A DNA stretch of 40,411 nt from Thermoprotei archaeon. Lineage in GTDB: Archaea > Thermoproteota > Thermoprotei > Thermofilales > B20-G17. The translations under genes and the position numbers were made by a program. The stretch is from positions 1 to 40,411 of the forward strand of contig QMRW01000002.1 in the NCBI GenBank assembly GCA_003650785.1, read 5' to 3'. Shown piece by piece: positions 35,437-40,411 of the stretch (position 1 is its first letter; every line of letters starts with the position of its first letter). Under the pieces are notes generated by a model. It did not search any database and had not been told where the DNA came from. It was given only the letters and a program-made list of their open reading frames with translations.

Positions 35437-35646
35437 ATGAGTGAAGATGCTACTCCAGCAGAGGTAGTACAGATAATAGGAAGAACAGGAGTATGTGGTG
35501 AGGTAACACAAGTAAGATGTAAAGTTCTCACTGGTAGAGATGCCGGTAGGATACTCACTCGTAATGTAAAAGGTCCAGTTAGAGTAGGAGATATTCTCAT
35601 GCTTAGGGAAACTCAGAGAGAACATAGGAGAATTTCGACCAGATAG
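35437..35646 (+). CDS. rps28e: 30S ribosomal protein S28e
   Basis: [15 protein letters not shown]...[15 protein letters not shown]. Confidence 0.97.
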   Translation: MSEDATPAEVVQIIGRTGVCGEVTQVRCKVLTGRDAGRILTRNVKGPVRVGDILMLRETQREHRRISTR

Positions 35647-35830
35647 GTACAACATAGGATTTCAGCTACTAATCAAGACTCTTATTACGAACTTATAGCA
35701 ACGAGTTCTGCTGATTTATCAACTCATAGGTGTAATCAGGATATCAATACAATCCTCTAAAAATTACCATCAAGTTTAAGTATACCTAATAGTACTTACC
35801 CCTGATCCACAACCATAAAGGGGGTCTAAG

Positions 35831-36022
35831 ATGCCAAAGTTGAGAGAATGCTCTTTCTGCGGGTACAAAATACCACCAGGCACAGGGTTATTGTTCGTTA
35901 AGAACGATGGAACTCTACTATATTTCTGCTCTAGGAAGTGTAGGATAAGTTATATGAGGAAGAGAAACCCTATTAAGCTGAAATGGACTAGAAAGTATAG
36001 AAAAGCTAAGTCCAAGAAGTGA
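35831..36022 (+). CDS. rpl24e: 50S ribosomal protein L24e
   Basis: CSFCG...IPPGTG...FCSRKC...RNPIKLKWT. Confidence 0.97.
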   Translation: MPKLRECSFCGYKIPPGTGLLFVKNDGTLLYFCSRKCRISYMRKRNPIKLKWTRKYRKAKSKK

Positions 36023-36033
36023 GGAGATGAAAG

Positions 36034-37818
36034 TTGTCTTATGTAAGATCACCGATAGTCGTAGTACTAGGTCACGTAGATGTAGGAAAAACTACCCTTC
36101 TCGATAAAATAAGAGGAACTGCTGTAACTTTAAGAGAACCTGGTACTATGACTCAGCATATAGGTGCTTCATTTCTACCATGGAGTGCTCTAACCAAAAT
36201 ATGTGGTCCTCTACTTAAATTAGTAAAAAAGGAGATTGAAATACCTGGATTTCTCGTTATAGATACCCCTGGACATGAGGCCTTTGTAAATCTGAGAAGA
36301 AGAGGAGGAAGTATAGCTGATATAGCAATTCTAGTAGTGGATGTAAGAGAGGGGTTTGAGGCTCAGACCTATGAGTCCATAGAAATATTGAGAGCTAGAA
36401 GAATTCCCTTCCTACTAGTTGCTAATAAAATAGACAAAATACCTGGATGGAAATCTAAGCCATATGCTCCATTTATAATTAATTTTAAGCAGCAAGATGA
36501 AAATATTCAGATTAGATTGGAGGAATTACTATATAGGCTAATCGATGAAATGAATAGATTGGGGTTTAACTGTGATAGATATGATAGGGTAAGAGATTTT
36601 TCTAACACCATAGCCATAATACCTATTAGTGCACTAACTGGAGAGGGTATACCAGATCTACTTATGGTATTAGCTGGACTTACACAAAAATTTCTGCTTA
36701 GATCGCTCGTAGTCAGTGAGGGGCCCGCCAAAGGTGTAGTACTCGAAGTGAAGGAGGAAGTTGGTCTAGGAACTACTATAGACACCATAATATACGAGGG
36801 AATTATCAGAAAAGGAGATACCTTAGTCGTAGGAGGGGTAGATGAGCCAATCGTCACTAGAGTAAGAGCCATTCTCATGCCCAGACCTCTAGATGAGATC
36901 AGATCACCGGAGGAAAGATTCCTACAGCTGAATGTGGCTCGTGCTGCTTGTGGTATTAAAATAGTAGCTCCCAATTTAGAGGGGGCTATAGCTGGAGCTC
37001 CAGTTCGTGCCGTATGGACACATACTGAACTTGAGAATATTATTAGGGATATAAAGCACGAAGTCTCTAGTATAAAGCTTAAGAGAGAAGTTAATGGAGT
37101 CATAGTAAAAGCCGATACCCTTGGTACATTAGAAGCCTTAATTGACTACCTAGAGCGAAAGGGAATTCCCGTTAGATATGCAGATATAGGCAATGTTACA
37201 AAGAGAGATGTCATAGAGGCGCAGCTCGTTAAAAAAGAGGATAAATATCGAGCCGTGATATTAGCATTTAATGTCAAGATTACCGAAGAAGCTAGAATAG
37301 AAGCTAAGTACACAAATATACCAATATTTCAAAGCAATATAATATACAGGTTGATCGAAGAGTACCAGAAATGGTACTATAAGACTAGAGAATTAGATGC
37401 TAGAATTGAACTTTCAAAACTTATTCTACCAGCTAAAATAAAGATCCTCCCTGGATACGTCTTTAGGAGGAGTAATCCAGCAATAGTAGGTATTAAAGTA
37501 TTAGCTGGCAGACTCAGATCCGGATATCCTCTATTCAGAGCTAAAGACTGCAAAGTCATAGGTAGAGTACTACAAATACAGGCTCACGGTGAGAACGTAA
37601 GTGAAGCTACTGTAGGTCAGGAAGTAGCCATATCCATAAGAGGTAATGTTATAGTCGGTAGGCATATCAAGGAAGGGGATGTACTATACTCAGATGTACC
37701 GTTTGATCATATGGAGAGAATAAGGACATTAGTTGACTTCCTTACAGAAGATGAAATTAAATTACTTGATGAAATTGAGAAATTAAAACTGGCAAAATTG
37801 AGGAGTAGTAAGGAATAA
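36034..37818 (+). CDS. infB: Translation initiation factor aIF5B (IF-2)
   Basis: GHVDVGKT, TQHIGA, DTPGHEAF, NKID, KADTLGTLEAL. Confidence 0.97.
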   Translation: MSYVRSPIVVVLGHVDVGKTTLLDKIRGTAVTLREPGTMTQHIGASFLPWSALTKICGPLLKLVKKEIEIPGFLVIDTPGHEAFVNLRRRGGSIADIAILVVDVREGFEAQTYESIEILRARRIPFLLVANKIDKIPGWKSKPYAPFIINFKQQDENIQIRLEELLYRLIDEMNRLGFNCDRYDRVRDFSNTIAIIPISALTGEGIPDLLMVLAGLTQKFLLRSLVVSEGPAKGVVLEVKEEVGLGTTIDTIIYEGIIRKGDTLVVGGVDEPIVTRVRAILMPRPLDEIRSPEERFLQLNVARAACGIKIVAPNLEGAIAGAPVRAVWTHTELENIIRDIKHEVSSIKLKREVNGVIVKADTLGTLEALIDYLERKGIPVRYADIGNVTKRDVIEAQLVKKEDKYRAVILAFNVKITEEARIEAKYTNIPIFQSNIIYRLIEEYQKWYYKTRELDARIELSKLILPAKIKILPGYVFRRSNPAIVGIKVLAGRLRSGYPLFRAKDCKVIGRVLQIQAHGENVSEATVGQEVAISIRGNVIVGRHIKEGDVLYSDVPFDHMERIRTLVDFLTEDEIKLLDEIEKLKLAKLRSSKE

Positions 37819-37841
37819 AAGAGTCATAGGAATTGTTAGTA

Positions 37842-37897
37842 TGAATGATGAGTGGTATGGAGCTCTGACTCATGAAGAGTGGGCTAGGCTCTGACTA
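37842..37897 (+). ncRNA. C/D-box 2'-O-methylation guide sRNA, possible tRNA targets
   Basis: C ATGATGA (37845-51), guide GTGGTATGGAGCT, D' CTGA (37865-68), C' ATGAAGA (37872-78), guide GTGGGCTAGGCT, D CTGA (37891-94). Confidence 0.9.
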
Positions 37898-37935
37898 TTT
37901 TAATAAGCCTCTATACACCTACTTATATAGGGAGT

Positions 37936-38220
37936 ATGAGCCCTAGGAGAATTGAAAGAAGATTGAGATTGAGGAGAAGACCGGATGTTCCCAGTGGAGT
38001 AGCTAAACTTAATCCACAGGCTATGAAGTACTTAGGAATAATTGACAAAATAGAAATTGTAATCGTAGGTGGAAAACGACTGACTCTAAGAGCCCTGGCA
38101 TTTGAACAAGTCCCTGAAAACGAGGTATGGTGTAATGAAGATGAACTTAGATCACATGGAATAGCCGATCGTACAATAGCTACATGTCGAGCACCACTAA
38201 AGCAGATAATATCTAAGTGA
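37936..38220 (+). CDS. Stand-alone double-psi beta-barrel protein, CDC48/VAT N-domain-like
   Basis: GVAKLNPQAMKYLGI and NEVWCNEDELRSHGI form two pseudo-symmetric halves like the CDC48 N-terminal DPBB. Confidence 0.65.
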   Translation: MSPRRIERRLRLRRRPDVPSGVAKLNPQAMKYLGIIDKIEIVIVGGKRLTLRALAFEQVPENEVWCNEDELRSHGIADRTIATCRAPLKQIISK

Positions 38221-38437
38221 TTGATCAATTATTTTTACTTACATCTAATCGAATCATCAATTTGTAAGAGACTATTACCACTTATGATTATGCTAAATTT
38301 CTCAAGTTTAAGGTCAATAAGGAATATTTATTGAAGTTCAACCGATTTTATTCTCCTACAGGTGTTTTTAACCTTCTTATAACGTATACTAGAAACATTA
38401 ATATGTACATCCGGTATGCTCCTTTCGGTGATGAGGA

Positions 38438-39115
38438 CTGGCCTTAGAGAGAAGAGAGGAACAACTAGCACTTAGATCCACTGCTAACAGAAGGATACAT
38501 GAAATGTTAACTCAACAAGCAGTTAAGATAGATAATATGATGAAAGAGCTCTACAGACTTACGACAGGATTTTTAACACTGGCTCCTGAGGAGTTCGAGA
38601 GAAGTGTAGAAACAATAATTAAGCTGAAGGAATCTATCCAGAGTACTAGGAGAGAACTACTCGATTACATATCTAGATTAGCACCAGCTCTTTTGTATAA
38701 GGAGGAGTGGTTGAGATTGGCCTTTCGTTTTGATGATATAAGCGATAAAATTATCGGCATAGTCTATAGGTTAGAACACTTTGTAAATTATAAACCTAAA
38801 ATGCCACACGAAATAGCCGAGATCATAGAGAAGATAGATGAGAGAGTGCTTGATATAATAAGTACATTTAGAACTGCCCTATCCCTACTATTAGTAGATA
38901 TACATAGATCACTAAACGCTTGTCAAAAAGTTGAAGAATTGGAAAAGGAAATAGATCATCTATATAGGAGGTCCATATTTACAATACTCGATACATCACT
39001 TCCACTTAGAGAAACTATGATGCTAAAGGAGATTGCAGAAATGACAGAGACTATAGCGGATTTAGTCGAGAAGGCATCAAATGATCTCAGGATTATTATA
39101 ATAAATCTCCTATAG
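38438..39115 (+). CDS. Second DUF47 / PhoU-like protein, probable CTG start at 38438 (first ATG 38504)
   Basis: LLYKEEW, DDISD, ELEKEIDHLYR and ETIADLVEKA motifs. A GGTGAT SD precedes the in-frame CTG. Confidence 0.85.
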   Translation: MALERREEQLALRSTANRRIHEMLTQQAVKIDNMMKELYRLTTGFLTLAPEEFERSVETIIKLKESIQSTRRELLDYISRLAPALLYKEEWLRLAFRFDDISDKIIGIVYRLEHFVNYKPKMPHEIAEIIEKIDERVLDIISTFRTALSLLLVDIHRSLNACQKVEELEKEIDHLYRRSIFTILDTSLPLRETMMLKEIAEMTETIADLVEKASNDLRIIIINLL

Positions 39116-39198
39116 CCTAAAAGCTCCTCTATAAACTCATGTTTAGGTCATTATCATGAAATGAGTTAGAGATTTATACGCTCAACCATAGTACTAAT

Positions 39199-40224
39199 GT
39201 GCGCCGTATGAGAACTTCGAGGAGAATTGAGCTCAAGCGCTATAAACACCCCATACTTCTGCCAAATAGTGATAACTGGTGGGAGAGTAAGGCTGTATTT
39301 AATCCAGGTGCTATATACGATGATGGAAAATTCTTTCTCTTATATCGAGCAGTTGGAGAATATGAGAACTATATCTCTAGATTCGGCCTTGCAATAAGTG
39401 AAGATGGATTTAATTTCAAAAGAGTGAGTAAGGTACCAGTTTTTGAAGGAAAAGAGTGGTACGATAGAGGAGGTTGTGAAGATGCAAGGATAGTTAAAAT
39501 GGAGGGAAAGTTTTATATAACTTATGCCTCTTTACCTAGATCCCCAGCTGAAGTAGGACCTATTAAGGAGATACTTCAAAAATTAAAGGAGGATATCTAT
39601 TATCCTAGGCTCCATGTCCCCTCATATACCGCTCTATTGACTTCTTATGATCTTATGGAATTTGAAAGATACGGAGTTATAACCCCCCTAGAGATAGATG
39701 ATAGAGATGGTATACTATTTCCAGAGAAGATCAATGGAAAGTACGTTCTCCTACACAGACCTACTGAGTGGATAGGAGAGAATTATGGAACTTCCAGACC
39801 TAGTATATGGATCAGGTTCTCAAGAGACTTAAGAAAGTGGTACGGTGATAAGTTATTGCTTAAGCCAGAATTTAAGTGGGAGATGAGGAAGATAGGAGGA
39901 GGACCGCCACCTCTAAAGACAGATGAAGGATGGTTAATGTTTTATCATGGAGTTGATGAAAATTTCGTATACCGAGTTGGTGTTGCTATGTTAGATTCTA
40001 GAAATCCCACAAAAGTTATTGCAAGACTACCTTATCCCGTCCTAGAGCCGAAGGAAACGTATGAAAAGTATGGTGATATTCCCAACGTTGTCTTTCCTAC
40101 AGGAAACATAGTGATTGATGACGATATACTTGTCTACTACGGTGCTGCTGATAAAGTATGCTGTGTTGCAACGATAAACCTAGATGAACTGCTTGGGGAA
40201 CTCTTAAGGTATAGCACCCTATAG
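39199..40224 (+). CDS. GH130 family glycoside phosphorylase/hydrolase
   Basis: AVFNPGA, LLYRA, GCEDARI, LFPEKINGKY..LHRP, KIGGGPPP, YHGV, GDIPNVVFP, YYGAAD. Exact start uncertain. Confidence 0.92.
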   Translation: MRRMRTSRRIELKRYKHPILLPNSDNWWESKAVFNPGAIYDDGKFFLLYRAVGEYENYISRFGLAISEDGFNFKRVSKVPVFEGKEWYDRGGCEDARIVKMEGKFYITYASLPRSPAEVGPIKEILQKLKEDIYYPRLHVPSYTALLTSYDLMEFERYGVITPLEIDDRDGILFPEKINGKYVLLHRPTEWIGENYGTSRPSIWIRFSRDLRKWYGDKLLLKPEFKWEMRKIGGGPPPLKTDEGWLMFYHGVDENFVYRVGVAMLDSRNPTKVIARLPYPVLEPKETYEKYGDIPNVVFPTGNIVIDDDILVYYGAADKVCCVATINLDELLGELLRYSTL

Positions 40225-40411
40225 ATCCCTAAGCTCATATATAGCATTCCCAGTATCACTCCAATCCTACAATTTGAACATGAATTTTCAGAATAAGGAG
40301 AACAGAGTTTACTGTACACTTACCTCGTTAGATTTTGTCAAATAGAAATTACTTAAACTACTGTCAAATTCTTCCTCAGCTACAATCAAATTGCCAGTAG
40401 GTTAGAGCATC

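Noticed and set aside
2287-37559. Numerous antisense or nested ORFs (e.g. 2287, 2953, 9218, 9854, 13251, 13450, 15789, 19710, 20094, 26947, 30654, 36507)
   Set aside because: They lie opposite well-supported genes and have the Ser/Ile/Leu-rich composition of reverse-frame shadows.
40137-40411. Short minus-strand ORFs at the right edge
   Set aside because: Frames are interrupted by stops or overlap GH130, with no recognisable protein.
1-40411. CRISPR arrays, IS elements, inteins, rRNA
   Set aside because: No regularly spaced repeats, transposases or rRNA-like GC-rich tracts, and MCM, Hel308 and aIF5B have normal lengths.

Overview
A gene-dense, AT-rich (roughly 40% GC by eye) archaeal core-chromosome segment. 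It most likely comes from a rod-shaped Thermoproteota (Thermofilales/Thermoproteales-like), inferred from crenactin plus arcadins, scattered ribosomal-protein genes, Gins23-MCM and a crenarchaeal-type splicing endonuclease. The centrepiece is a complete 'Arcade' cytoskeleton locus: arcadin-1 at 20.8-21.2 kb, then crenactin, arcadin-2, arcadin-3, Rad50/SMC-like arcadin-4 and a radical SAM-HhH gene at 23.6-30.0 kb. It meets a gins23-mcm-hel308 replication operon tail to tail. The rest is housekeeping (GlyRS, Rpo6, Rpo12, thermosome, Hsp20, Alba, uL6, eL8, eS28, eL24, aIF5B, Ard1, Sec11, agmatinase), phosphate genes (Pit, two DUF47) and carbohydrate-related enzymes. Features absent from the ORF track but read from the DNA: an intron-containing tRNA-Cys next to endA, two C/D-box guide sRNAs, eL40, a CdrS-like RHH gene abutting a degenerate KaiC-like ATPase, a partial DUF424 gene, a likely K-turn in the L7Ae leader, and two genes that appear to start at CTG. 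Other oddities: an MCM with no zinc ligands, a Gins23 apparently lacking most of its B domain, altered ABC-ATPase motifs in arcadin-4, and a small SHOCT-like gene just before crenactin. No mobile element or CRISPR array was seen. The Arcade system itself is known; any novelty lies in its variant components and context.
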